A stretch of DNA of 39,972 nucleotides from a virus (lineage: Duplodnaviria > Caudoviricetes). Positions within the stretch are counted from its first letter, which is position 1, and each line of letters opens with the position of its first letter. The DNA is taken from positions 1 to 39,972 of IMG/VR virus record IMGVR_UViG_3300033402_000778. One strand, 5' to 3'. The notes below the pieces were generated by a model. That model saw nothing but the letters and a program-made list of their open reading frames with translations, was not told where the DNA came from and did not search any database. The position numbers and the translations under genes are program-made. Positions 31,864-39,972 of the stretch are shown in pieces.

Positions 31864-34370
31864 GCGGCACCTTCAGTCAGCGTGTCAAAGAGGGACGGCG
31901 CGTCCAGTGCGAGTTCGGCTTCCCGGAGGTACTTCACCCCATCCTTGAAGTAGTCGGCATTCAACTCGCAGGCCTTCCCGTAGCGCTTCAGCTTGATTGC
32001 TCGATAGGGAACGGTGAACAGGCCGCCGAACGGGTCGAAGACGATCTCGCCTTCGTTCGAGTAGCGGCGGATGATGCGATCGACGATGTCGAACTGAAGC
32101 GGGCAGATGTGGTTCGTGAGCCCGCGCTGAGTCTGCGCGCCGTTCAAGGTCAGCATCCGGTTCACGTCATGCCAGACGTCGTCATGGTGCGAACCGGGCG
32201 CCAAGGTCATGAACGTCGCTGGCAGTGCGCCGCGGGCATCGAGGGTTTCACCTAGGGCGATGTGCTCCTCGTGGTTGTAGACCGTCTCAAGGCTGTGCTT
32301 CTGATACACGCGACCGATCGCTTCCGGTCCCAACTGCTCGAGCTCTGCAGGCGAGAGCATCCGGTCGCCGCTGGACCGCCAGAAAGCATGAGCGTCCACT
32401 TGCCAGCGCGCCCGCGTGTAAGTCGACTTCGACTTTTCCACCCGCACATCGGCATAGGCCTTTTGCGTGTCGGTGGGAAGTTTGCGGAAGAGGAGGATGT
32501 ATTCGGGGCTTCCCACGCCCATCTTCGTTCCGTCCTTGCACTGCTCTGACCAGCCCAGCCGGTAGGTCTGGTTATTCTCCCGAACCACGTCCGTCACGAC
32601 GGTAATCATGCCCATGTACCGAAAGCCGTGCTTGCGGTAGTGAACGATGCAGTCGCAGTGGAAAGGGTCAACGGTGGGCATCCCGTCGCCGGTCACATTG
32701 CCGAACCGGATCCGGTCCTTGACGTGGATGGCAGCAACCCGGCCGGGACGCAGAATCCTGAGCAGTTCTGGCGTCAGAAAGTCCATCTGGTCGAAGAACT
32801 TGCCGTTGTCTTCGTTGTGGCCGAAGTCGTTGTAGCTGGCGCTGTATTCGTAGTGATTGCCGAACGGGATGCTGGTGTGGATGAGGTCGACGGAGTTCGC
32901 CTCCATGCGGTTCGTCTCGTCAACACAGTCATTCAAGGCCACATCGAAATGTGCACCCGCTTCCACTTTGCGTTCGACGCCGATGGACCGGCGCAACTCA
33001 TCTTCGAGCCCTGTTGTCGAAAGCCCATGCTTCCGAATCAAGGCGCTCATCTCTTCCCGGAGTTTCATGTCCTCTGCCCACTTTCGTTTTAGTTCGGCAA
33101 GAATCTGGCGCTCCGTCTCCGTGTAGATGATGTCGATGGTCACCTGTTCAGCCTGGAGGAAGCGGTAAATGCGATGAATGGCTTGAATGAAGTCGTTGAA
33201 CTTGTACCCGATGCCGACGAAGATGGCCCGGTGACAGTGGCGCTGGAAATTGCAGCCGCTCCCGGCGATGCGGGGCTTCGTGCTCAGGATCCGGAATAGC
33301 CCGTTTCCGAAGTCGATGATGGCCTGTTCGCGTTCGTCCAGGTCCTGCGAACCGTAGACCTCAACCGAATCGATGGTGTCGCGGATAGCCTCCCGCTCGG
33401 ACTCAAGGTCGTGCCAGAGGATGAAATGCTCGTCCGGCGCCGCGTCCACGATCTGTTTGGCGGTCGCAACCCGGAGGTCGATGCTGTCCCGCTTCTCAGA
33501 GGCCGCGTCTTTTAGGCCGATGGCCGCATCATTGATGAGTTGAATCTGGCCGTCGCGGTCGACCTTGCCGCCAAGGTTGTGCATCTTCACTTCGTGGTAC
33601 CGCACGTCCAGCGGGGGCAGATCGTAGCCTTCGTCTGAGTAGCCAAGGTCGCTCGGCTTCTGGAGGAAGATGGCCCACGAGTGCAACCAGGTGTAAAACT
33701 CCTTCTCCATGTGCGGGTAGAGGGTCAGGTTGTTGGCTTGCGTCGAATCGCGCTGGAAGAACCGTGTCAAGGCCTGCCCGGTGTCCATGATGCCAAGGAA
33801 GCCGGCGTAGTGAATCAGTTCCTTGTAGCGATTCGGTGACGGGGTGGCCGTCGCGACGAACTTATAAGGCACGTCGTTGAAGAGTGGAAGGAACTCCTGA
33901 TAGGTCTTCGAGCCGTAGCTCCGGAGGACTGACGCCTCGTCCAGGCTGACAACCGAGAATTGATTCGGATCCAGCTTGCCGTCGCGGATGCTCTCGTAGT
34001 TGGTGACATAGAATTCATGCCCGGCCGTCATTTCGGTAGAGCTGCGGATGAAGCTGTAATCCACCCCAAGCGCCGGCGCCGTCTTCATGAACTCCTGACG
34101 GCAACCGAGCGGGCAAACTACCAGCGCGGGGCCTCCGGAGCGCTGTTGAATGTGGCGCTCGATCTCCACTTGCATGAAGGTCTTGCCGAGTCCGAAGGCG
34201 GCGAAGATGGCGCGATTGCCGCCCTTGATGGCCCATCTCACCAGGTCTCTCTGGTGAGGCTTGAGGATCCGGCTCAGTGCGGATTCGTCGATGTCAAAGC
34301 CGGTGTTTTTGGTGAAGCGGAACTTGGTCGCGAGGAATTCGTTATAGCTGTCAGCAAAAAGCTCAGGCAT
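31860..34370 (-). CDS. SNF2-like helicase fused to a beta-class N4/N6 DNA methyltransferase (836 aa)
   Basis: FGLGKT, LDEAS, TATPSPN and QAIHRIYR helicase motifs; TSIPF (motif IV), RILRPG, HICP and FDPFGG (motif I). Confidence 0.9.
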   Translation of the reverse strand: MPELFADSYNEFLATKFRFTKNTGFDIDESALSRILKPHQRDLVRWAIKGGNRAIFAAFGLGKTFMQVEIERHIQQRSGGPALVVCPLGCRQEFMKTAPALGVDYSFIRSSTEMTAGHEFYVTNYESIRDGKLDPNQFSVVSLDEASVLRSYGSKTYQEFLPLFNDVPYKFVATATPSPNRYKELIHYAGFLGIMDTGQALTRFFQRDSTQANNLTLYPHMEKEFYTWLHSWAIFLQKPSDLGYSDEGYDLPPLDVRYHEVKMHNLGGKVDRDGQIQLINDAAIGLKDAASEKRDSIDLRVATAKQIVDAAPDEHFILWHDLESEREAIRDTIDSVEVYGSQDLDEREQAIIDFGNGLFRILSTKPRIAGSGCNFQRHCHRAIFVGIGYKFNDFIQAIHRIYRFLQAEQVTIDIIYTETERQILAELKRKWAEDMKLREEMSALIRKHGLSTTGLEDELRRSIGVERKVEAGAHFDVALNDCVDETNRMEANSVDLIHTSIPFGNHYEYSASYNDFGHNEDNGKFFDQMDFLTPELLRILRPGRVAAIHVKDRIRFGNVTGDGMPTVDPFHCDCIVHYRKHGFRYMGMITVVTDVVRENNQTYRLGWSEQCKDGTKMGVGSPEYILLFRKLPTDTQKAYADVRVEKSKSTYTRARWQVDAHAFWRSSGDRMLSPAELEQLGPEAIGRVYQKHSLETVYNHEEHIALGETLDARGALPATFMTLAPGSHHDDVWHDVNRMLTLNGAQTQRGLTNHICPLQFDIVDRIIRRYSNEGEIVFDPFGGLFTVPYRAIKLKRYGKACELNADYFKDGVKYLREAELALDAPSLFDTLTEGAA

Positions 34371-35316
34371 TGATAGCCCCCAGAACCGGAAACTCTTTCC
34401 ACTCGCGGCCGTCGAGCATGGCGCCAGCGGCTTCCTTGCCGACGCGGTAGACGTCAGGCGCATCGTCGCGGTGTAACTCTTCGCTCTGGCGGGGAGTCAG
34501 TGAATCGTAAAGCCAGCGCCCATCCCACCAGGTCGCAGTCCGCTCGGTGCGGGAAGGCAGAGAGCCGGCGCATGCCCCAGGTGCCCACTCACCCCATTGC
34601 TTGAAGAAAAAGGGTGTGCCAGTGACCGCGCATTGGTCGCGTAGACTCTCAGCCCACTCGGGGAGCATCGGGCGCGCATTCGGCCCGCTCTCGCCTCCAC
34701 AGATCACCCAGTCGAGGCCTGTGATTGACTTCGTTCCGCGCCCGTCGCAGTGAACCACCGCGGCAAGGGCGTTCAGGTAGCCCTCGGGCTCTTCGCCAAT
34801 CCGGTCGAGGCGCACCGGCCCAACCATCGGCTCGACGCTGACCCCATGGACCACGGCAGGGATGCGCAGCAGGATCGGGATGCGCAGATCGGCCATCGGC
34901 TGATTCTCGGCAGTGACCATGAGCCAGACGTTCGGGTATCCGGTTCCCCAGTCGGCCGGCAGACACGCTGCGATGCGCTCGGGGCGCTTGGTGCAAAGCT
35001 GGTAGGTTAGGTTCGGCGTCTGCCGGATGATGGCCCAGGCTTCAGCGCGCCAAGCGTCGGCCTCTTCGATGAAGAAGTCAGACCACGAATCGACGAATAC
35101 GCGGTTGATGTGCCCGTATTTCTCGCGGTTCTTTGCCCACTTCAGCGGGGCGTTGAAGGTCGCCGCAGCGGAACGGATCACCACGTCGGGGGTCTGTCCA
35201 TACCGCTTTTTGTCGGTGAACATGTAGCAGTTCTTGCAGCCGGCTGAGACCTTGTGGCAGCCCTGCCAGCAGTTCCACGTCGCGTCGGTCCAGGCAATTG
35301 CGGTGCTAGCGCCCAT
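34363..35316 (-). CDS. DUF5131 (phage gp37/gp68, radical-SAM-like) protein (317 aa)
   Basis: IAWTDATWN..GC.KVSAGCKNCY, SDFF, TKRP, SVEP, DWVICGGESG and FFFKQWG. Confidence 0.9.
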   Translation of the reverse strand: MGASTAIAWTDATWNCWQGCHKVSAGCKNCYMFTDKKRYGQTPDVVIRSAAATFNAPLKWAKNREKYGHINRVFVDSWSDFFIEEADAWRAEAWAIIRQTPNLTYQLCTKRPERIAACLPADWGTGYPNVWLMVTAENQPMADLRIPILLRIPAVVHGVSVEPMVGPVRLDRIGEEPEGYLNALAAVVHCDGRGTKSITGLDWVICGGESGPNARPMLPEWAESLRDQCAVTGTPFFFKQWGEWAPGACAGSLPSRTERTATWWDGRWLYDSLTPRQSEELHRDDAPDVYRVGKEAAGAMLDGREWKEFPVLGAINA

Positions 35317-35641
35317 CGGCCACCCCCAGGAAGAGCAGCGACTTCCAAACCTGCACATTGCGCCGGCGTGCGGATACCCGGCTGGACTTACGGAACCGGC
35401 TCGTCTGGGTGATGAGTCCGTTCCCCGCGGCGCGGCGGAATGCGGCCCCTACGGCGTTCGGGTGCAGGAAATTGGTGACGGCGACGGCCTCAAGGATGGT
35501 CCAGACCTCATCGGAAGTAATCTCAGGCTGTTGCGCGGCGGCGGTAGCGATGGCGATGTAGCAACGGCTGAATTCGGCGGTTGCGATGACCTTCTCAATG
35601 CCTTCGTCGCGATAGAACGCGGACAGTTGGGCGTTCAACAT
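35306..35641 (-). CDS. Hypothetical, possibly winged-helix protein (111 aa)
   Basis: ITSDEVW...HPNAVGAAFRRAAGNGLI; overlaps both neighbours. Confidence 0.7.
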   Translation of the reverse strand: MLNAQLSAFYRDEGIEKVIATAEFSRCYIAIATAAAQQPEITSDEVWTILEAVAVTNFLHPNAVGAAFRRAAGNGLITQTSRFRKSSRVSARRRNVQVWKSLLFLGVADGR

Positions 35642-36141
35642 CAGCGGTCTCCTTTCAGGAAGTAGCCGCATTTGCATCCTTCAACGGTGCAGCGGCCCGG
35701 TTTGCCCGTCTCGGTGCGGGCGTGCTGGTGAATGGAATGGCCGCAATATGCCTTGTCGCACTGGCGGGCCACGATCTCACGCATGAAGCGGAAGGTGCGC
35801 GGCGCGTACAAGTCGGGGTCGATCTGGCGCGGGGTGCCGATCTCTTCCTCGGCAATGCGCTCAAGCTCAGACCACTCGGCAATCAGCAGCGGCCAGGCGG
35901 TGTTCTTGACGGTCAGCAGGAACTCGAAAGCGGGCTCTCGCATCCACGGGTGCTCTCTCAGGAGCCGGATACAGGCGGCGAGTTCAGCGGGCTTTGTCGG
36001 CGCGTTGCCGGGGTAGCGGAGGCGCATCGACGCATACGACAGGATGGTGACCGCTTGAGGTATAGCCGCGGCCTTGGCGGTCAGGTGCAACACGCTGTTC
36101 ATCCGGGCGGCGTGTTCGCGGAGTGTGATCGTTGTTGCCAT
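35641..36141 (-). CDS. Hypothetical protein with C-terminal Cys/His cluster (166 aa)
   Basis: SD GAGGGGG; CGH...H...C...CKC. Confidence 0.7.
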   Translation of the reverse strand: MATTITLREHAARMNSVLHLTAKAAAIPQAVTILSYASMRLRYPGNAPTKPAELAACIRLLREHPWMREPAFEFLLTVKNTAWPLLIAEWSELERIAEEEIGTPRQIDPDLYAPRTFRFMREIVARQCDKAYCGHSIHQHARTETGKPGRCTVEGCKCGYFLKGDR

Positions 36142-36201
36142 CGTTCCCCCTCTTGCGGGTAGTGGGGGCGGCTGGTAGACCGCCCCGGTTGGGTGCGGTT
36201 G

Positions 36202-36570
36202 TCAGGCGGTTGCGTTTGCCGGAAAGAGCTTCTCTTGCAGTTCGCCGCCGGACATCTGCTGTTCGCGGACGATCTCGCCAGTGTCGAGGCGGATAATCCG
36301 CTTCACGCCCTGCCGGGGCTTGTGGAACTCGACGACGCACTCAATCTCGCGCATCTCCCAGCCCATGTTGATGTTGTTCGAGAGGCGCTGAATCTGGGTG
36401 ATTTCGATCTCGATGCGCTGCTTGAACTGCGCCTGGGCGGATTTCTGCTCTTCCTCGGCGCGCGTCTTGGCGGTTACGGAAAGCGCCAGGTTCTTAGCGA
36501 TTTCCCTCGTCTCCTCTTCGGTGAACGGGTAGCGGAGATACTCTTTGCACTTCACTGTCGTTTCTGCCAT
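36202..36570 (-). CDS. Hypothetical phage protein (122 aa)
   Basis: SD AAGGAG; coiled coil followed by IIRLDTGEIVRE. Confidence 0.75.
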   Translation of the reverse strand: MAETTVKCKEYLRYPFTEEETREIAKNLALSVTAKTRAEEEQKSAQAQFKQRIEIEITQIQRLSNNINMGWEMREIECVVEFHKPRQGVKRIIRLDTGEIVREQQMSGGELQEKLFPANATA

Positions 36571-36589
36571 TTGTCGGTCTCCTTGCTGG

Positions 36590-37753
36590 TTAGTAGGTGA
36601 TGGAGGTATGGGCAACTTCGCCCTTGATGATTGCGACTGTGACGGCGCGGGCGACCACTGTTATCTGGTCAGCGTCGAGGCTGGTGTTGGCGCTCACGAT
36701 GGCCTGGACGATGCCTTCGAGGGCTTCGGAGTTGATCTTCCGGGAGTGCTCTTTGTTGGCTTCGCGGGCGGCCTTCTCTTCGGCTTCCTTGCGCGCCGCC
36801 GTTGCTTGCCGTTCCTGCTCAGCCTCTACGGCTTGGATTGCGGCCCGTTCGGCAGCTTCCTCAGCCCGCACTCTGGCGTCGATGGCAGCCTGTGCGGCCC
36901 GCGCTTCGGATTCCACGCGGCGCCGTTCAGACTCCTCGGCTTGCTGTTGCGCCAGCGTTGCTTGCCGGTTGGCCTCAGCCTCACGCCCCAGCGCCGCTTG
37001 CCGTTCACTCTCGGCCCGTTGCTCGGCTTCACGGCGGCCCCGCTCTTGGGCCTCGGCAATCCGCTTGGCCTCAGCGTCCTTGCGTTCGCGCTCTGCTGCC
37101 TGTTCGCGCAGTTGGGCGAGTTCGGCGGCGTCGGTCTCGGCCTTGAGCTTTGCCGTGTACATCTGCCTGAGGGCGGCGATGGTGCGGTGGGTGATGGTCA
37201 GCGCCTCATCGAGGAGACCTTCCCAGGCCTCGGCCGTCAGAGGCATGTTGGCGAGGATTTCAATCTGTGCGGCGATTTCAGCGCTGGTCGAGGGCGCGTA
37301 TATGACCGGCATGGAGTCGATGCTGTTCAGCCGGTTGCTGATGGCCTTGGTGCGCTCCTCGTAGGCGGTCAGATCGGCGCGGGTGCGCTCGGCCAGGGCG
37401 TCCAGGCTATCGCGCATCATCTTCCGGTTGGCGTCGATGCGGCGGGGCAAGTCCTTGAGTTCGGCCACCATTTCTTTGCCGATGGTGTCCAAGTAGGTCT
37501 TCGACCGGGTGACCTTGTGAGCCAGGGCGCGGATTTCGGCGCGGCCCTTGACTGTGGTCACGTCCAGTTCGTAGCCCTGCACCTTGTCTTCGATTGCGTT
37601 GACGATCAGGGCCAGCCCACCATCGGCGGTGAACAGGTCGCGCAGGTTGCTTGTCGTGATGGCGTACTTCTCGCCATCGTCCACGAGGACCAGATCGGGG
37701 GCGGCGTCTATCCGCCCCTCGAAGATGGTCAGGTTGTTCGCGAGTGCTGCCAT
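36590..37753 (-). CDS. Long coiled-coil phage protein (387 aa)
   Basis: DVTTVKGRAEIRALAHKVTRSKT...IDANRK, an EAR-rich helix and a C-terminal HTSITY. Confidence 0.75.
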   Translation of the reverse strand: MAALANNLTIFEGRIDAAPDLVLVDDGEKYAITTSNLRDLFTADGGLALIVNAIEDKVQGYELDVTTVKGRAEIRALAHKVTRSKTYLDTIGKEMVAELKDLPRRIDANRKMMRDSLDALAERTRADLTAYEERTKAISNRLNSIDSMPVIYAPSTSAEIAAQIEILANMPLTAEAWEGLLDEALTITHRTIAALRQMYTAKLKAETDAAELAQLREQAAERERKDAEAKRIAEAQERGRREAEQRAESERQAALGREAEANRQATLAQQQAEESERRRVESEARAAQAAIDARVRAEEAAERAAIQAVEAEQERQATAARKEAEEKAAREANKEHSRKINSEALEGIVQAIVSANTSLDADQITVVARAVTVAIIKGEVAHTSITY

Positions 37754-37789
37754 TTCAAACCTCTTTTCGGGTCTCAGTTCGGCTTGCGG

Positions 37790-38794
37790 TTAGTTTGCGA
37801 AGAAATCACTATCGTCGTGACCGTTCGGCTTCGCGGCGTTGGTGGGGGCTTGGGTCGTGGGCTGGGCGGCTGGCGTTGCTGGGGCGGCGCTTTTAATCGC
37901 ATCCTTCAGCCTTGAGGCACCGCCTTTACCGCTGGCTGCGGGCGGGGGCGCATCGGTGGCCGGCGCGGGCTGTCGGGCGTCCATGATCTCCCGCCAACTC
38001 GTCTCGCCATCCCTGAGCGCCGCGTACAGGCCCCGGAGTTCCTTCATCTCTTTGGGGTTGAGCGTGGCGCCAGCGTGTCCCAGGTATTCCTTGAGTTGTT
38101 CCGCCGTCACGCCCTGGTCGGCAAAGGAGTCGAAGAGGTTGCGCTTTGCGGCGTCAGGGTCCTCGGCGTCCTTGCGGCGCTGGGTGTTGCGAACCTCAGC
38201 CATGGCCTCGTCAATCAAGTCGCCCGGAACGATGCGGAGGCCCAGGGTGCGGACGGCCTTCGAGATGAGCGCGCCTTGCTTGTTGAGGATGTCGTCGTCG
38301 GTGCCCGGCAGGATGTAGAGCATGTCGCCGAAGCTGTTGAGGCGGGTGCGGAGCGGCGTGTCGCCCTTGGACAGCTTGCGGCGCTCGACCGTCTTGGTGA
38401 TGGTCACGTCTTGGGAGTACGGGAGGTTGGCTTCCAGATCGGTGACGCTCACGCGCACGATGCGCCGGTCATCGTCGTCGTAGACGGTCTGGGTTGACAC
38501 GTCCACATTGCCCATGGCCCGGAGCGCGGCCTCGGCAAAGCGAATGCTCGGCCCTTCGATGCCATTGCCGATGGGCTTGTGGTAGATGGCCACCGCCGCG
38601 AAACTCGGCCGGTTGCAATCCTTGAGGAGCTTTTCGCGGACAACGTCGAAGTCGCGAGGGTTGCGCTCGGCCATGATGTACCGGGCTTCGATGGTGGCCT
38701 TGGCTTGCGCGGCCAGGGCGGTTGAGGCTGTCTCGACGACCTTCGCGAGAGCCGTTTCCTTGGGGGTGTACGTCAGAGCTTTTTCGTCTGCCAT
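37790..38794 (-). CDS. Putative single-strand annealing recombinase (334 aa)
   Basis: Directly downstream of the YqaJ exonuclease; GPSIRFAE core; acidic-aromatic tail DDSDFFAN. Confidence 0.6.
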   Translation of the reverse strand: MADEKALTYTPKETALAKVVETASTALAAQAKATIEARYIMAERNPRDFDVVREKLLKDCNRPSFAAVAIYHKPIGNGIEGPSIRFAEAALRAMGNVDVSTQTVYDDDDRRIVRVSVTDLEANLPYSQDVTITKTVERRKLSKGDTPLRTRLNSFGDMLYILPGTDDDILNKQGALISKAVRTLGLRIVPGDLIDEAMAEVRNTQRRKDAEDPDAAKRNLFDSFADQGVTAEQLKEYLGHAGATLNPKEMKELRGLYAALRDGETSWREIMDARQPAPATDAPPPAASGKGGASRLKDAIKSAAPATPAAQPTTQAPTNAAKPNGHDDSDFFAN

Positions 38795-38809
38795 TGCGAG
38801 TCTCGCTTT

Positions 38810-39793
38810 CTACTTGGAGGGCCGGAACACGCGGGCGCCGGGTTTGGTGGATGTGTTGGCCTCGATGATGCAAGCCACCTTTGCACCGTCGATGAGGGTT
38901 GCCAGTTCGGAGACCACGGCGCGCCAGTCGGTCGTTTCGGAGTCTTTGTTGTTCTTCCAGGTGGCGATTCCGGGGATAGCGGAGGCCTCGCCCATGTAGG
39001 ACTTGAGGAGGTTTTCAGCCGCCAGCTTTTCGGCCTCTGCCGCCTTCATGCGCTCGGTTGCCACGCGCAGAGATTCAGCCCACTCGCGCACCTGAGCGGT
39101 GACGGGGCGGGTGATCTCGCTTGAACGCTTGAATTTGGCTTTGAGGTAGTTGCTGTAGGATTCGGAGCCGTCGGGCTCGGGCGGGATGTCGGCTACGACG
39201 TGCTTGTTCCACCAGTCCAGGGTGCGCTCCCGGATGGAATCCTCCACTTCGGGGTCGTTGACCATGGAGTACCGAGCGAACTCGGAACCGGCGAAACAGA
39301 CGGCCAGATCGGCGGCTTGAGTGCCGGTGGCCATCATCTGGACGGCAAGCTGCAGTTGGTAGTAGACCGGGAACACGTCCGAGCCGTTGTCGCCCCATTG
39401 CGGCGACTTGAACCGGGTGTTCTTGGCATCCACCGGGCGGCGGTCGCCACTCAGCCAGCGGGCGTCGAGGCTGGCTCCGAGGAGCGGGCAGCCGGGAACC
39501 CGGATAAGCGTCCAGGGGTGCGCGAACTCGATTGGAATTCCAAGGCGCTCGGAATAGGCTTCGAGGATGGGCCGCTCAAACTTGCGCCCGAAGAACATGG
39601 CGTCGTTGTCCGGCTTCTCGATCTGGTTCTTTTTGCTGAGCCAGACCTCAATCGGGCTGGTCCACTTGTTGAGGCCGAAGATGGCCGCAATGTCGGTGCC
39701 GGTGATGCAGGTCCGGCGCTCGGCAAGCCAGGCGGCTTTGCGCTCATCATCGATTTGCTGAGGGGTGGGAAGTTCGAGGAGGGCTGTGCTCAC
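38810..39793 (-). CDS. YqaJ / lambda-exonuclease family recombination nuclease (327 aa)
   Basis: WLAERRTCITGTD, FGRKFE, ASLD...DAK and YQLQLAVQM. Confidence 0.9.
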   Translation of the reverse strand: MSTALLELPTPQQIDDERKAAWLAERRTCITGTDIAAIFGLNKWTSPIEVWLSKKNQIEKPDNDAMFFGRKFERPILEAYSERLGIPIEFAHPWTLIRVPGCPLLGASLDARWLSGDRRPVDAKNTRFKSPQWGDNGSDVFPVYYQLQLAVQMMATGTQAADLAVCFAGSEFARYSMVNDPEVEDSIRERTLDWWNKHVVADIPPEPDGSESYSNYLKAKFKRSSEITRPVTAQVREWAESLRVATERMKAAEAEKLAAENLLKSYMGEASAIPGIATWKNNKDSETTDWRAVVSELATLIDGAKVACIIEANTSTKPGARVFRPSK

Positions 39794-39972
39794 TGCGCAC
39801 CCCCCACGATGTCGGCGTAAGAGAGGCGCTTGGCCCGCTGCAAGATTACGAGGCAGTTGGCGTGAGAGGGCCGGGTGTGCCCTGTTAACCAGTTGTATAC
39901 CGTCCGTTCAGAAACGCTGCAAAGCGTTGCCGTGGCGTTGATTCCGAACGCCTGGACCCATTCTTTGAAGGT
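39790..39972 (-). CDS. Cro-like XRE HTH regulator, 5' end outside the window
   Basis: TFKEWVQAFGINATATLCSVSERTVYNWLTGHTRPSHANCLVI...; GTGA overlap with the YqaJ gene. Confidence 0.8.
   Translation of the reverse strand, partial: TFKEWVQAFGINATATLCSVSERTVYNWLTGHTRPSHANCLVILQRAKRLSYADIVGGAQ

Larger units (their letters stand above)
533..39972. mobile_element. Temperate siphovirus-like prophage, continuing beyond the right edge
   Basis: Integrase at the left end and contiguous recombination, replication, packaging, head, non-contractile tail and lysis modules, with many 1-4 nt gene overlaps. The left boundary is approximate. Confidence 0.95.

Noticed and set aside
36545-37915. 456-aa + strand ORF, and similar long + strand ORFs at 21081-22001, 30116-30940 and 4425-5207
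   Set aside because: These are antisense shadows of well-supported minus-strand genes in GC-rich DNA, with no motifs or SD.
4559-39806. Repeat GGGGGTGC(A/G)CAGTGA at 4559-4573 and 39790-39804 as att or terminal repeat
   Set aside because: Both copies are SD plus GTGA stop/start junctions inside operons, not element boundaries.

Overview
The window is almost entirely one apparently intact, GC-rich temperate siphovirus-type prophage. The host is probably an Acidobacteriaceae member, inferred from a recalled REP-like hairpin at 483-538 and an LPDAP-motif secreted protein. Left to right: (1) a host remnant, the frameshifted 3' end of a type ISP restriction-modification gene, then the REP hairpin and a 16-bp inverted repeat that may be attL; (2) a tyrosine integrase lacking an arm-binding domain; (3) a + strand block with an RHH regulator, a structured leader and about eight small genes; (4) a long - strand unit which, read right to left, holds a Cro-like HTH gene, YqaJ exonuclease plus putative annealase, DUF5131, an SNF2-methyltransferase fusion, VRR-NUC nuclease, replication initiator with iterons, DnaC-like loader, terminases, a portal-MuF fusion, protease/scaffold, capsid, neck, tail tube, frameshifted tail chaperone, tape measure, a two-gene moron, a GTA-type tail tip, tail fibre, lysis genes, an exported fibre-like protein and a sigma region-4-like regulator. 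The repressor and attR presumably lie beyond the right edge. The most notable unexplained signals are: (a) an A10 / A_AAA_AAG slippery tract exactly at the portal-MuF junction; (b) an unannotated 57-aa RHH-like gene between terL and portal whose start is covered by an 18-bp palindrome TGTGKC-N6-GMCACA, which recurs at two matching terminator-promoter cassettes in front of the head and tail-tip modules; (c) a signal-peptide, 10-Cys tail-fibre-like protein; (d) near-identical divergent promoters at the left end; (e) three candidate structured RNAs. All family assignments come from motif recognition and synteny by eye; no database searches were run.
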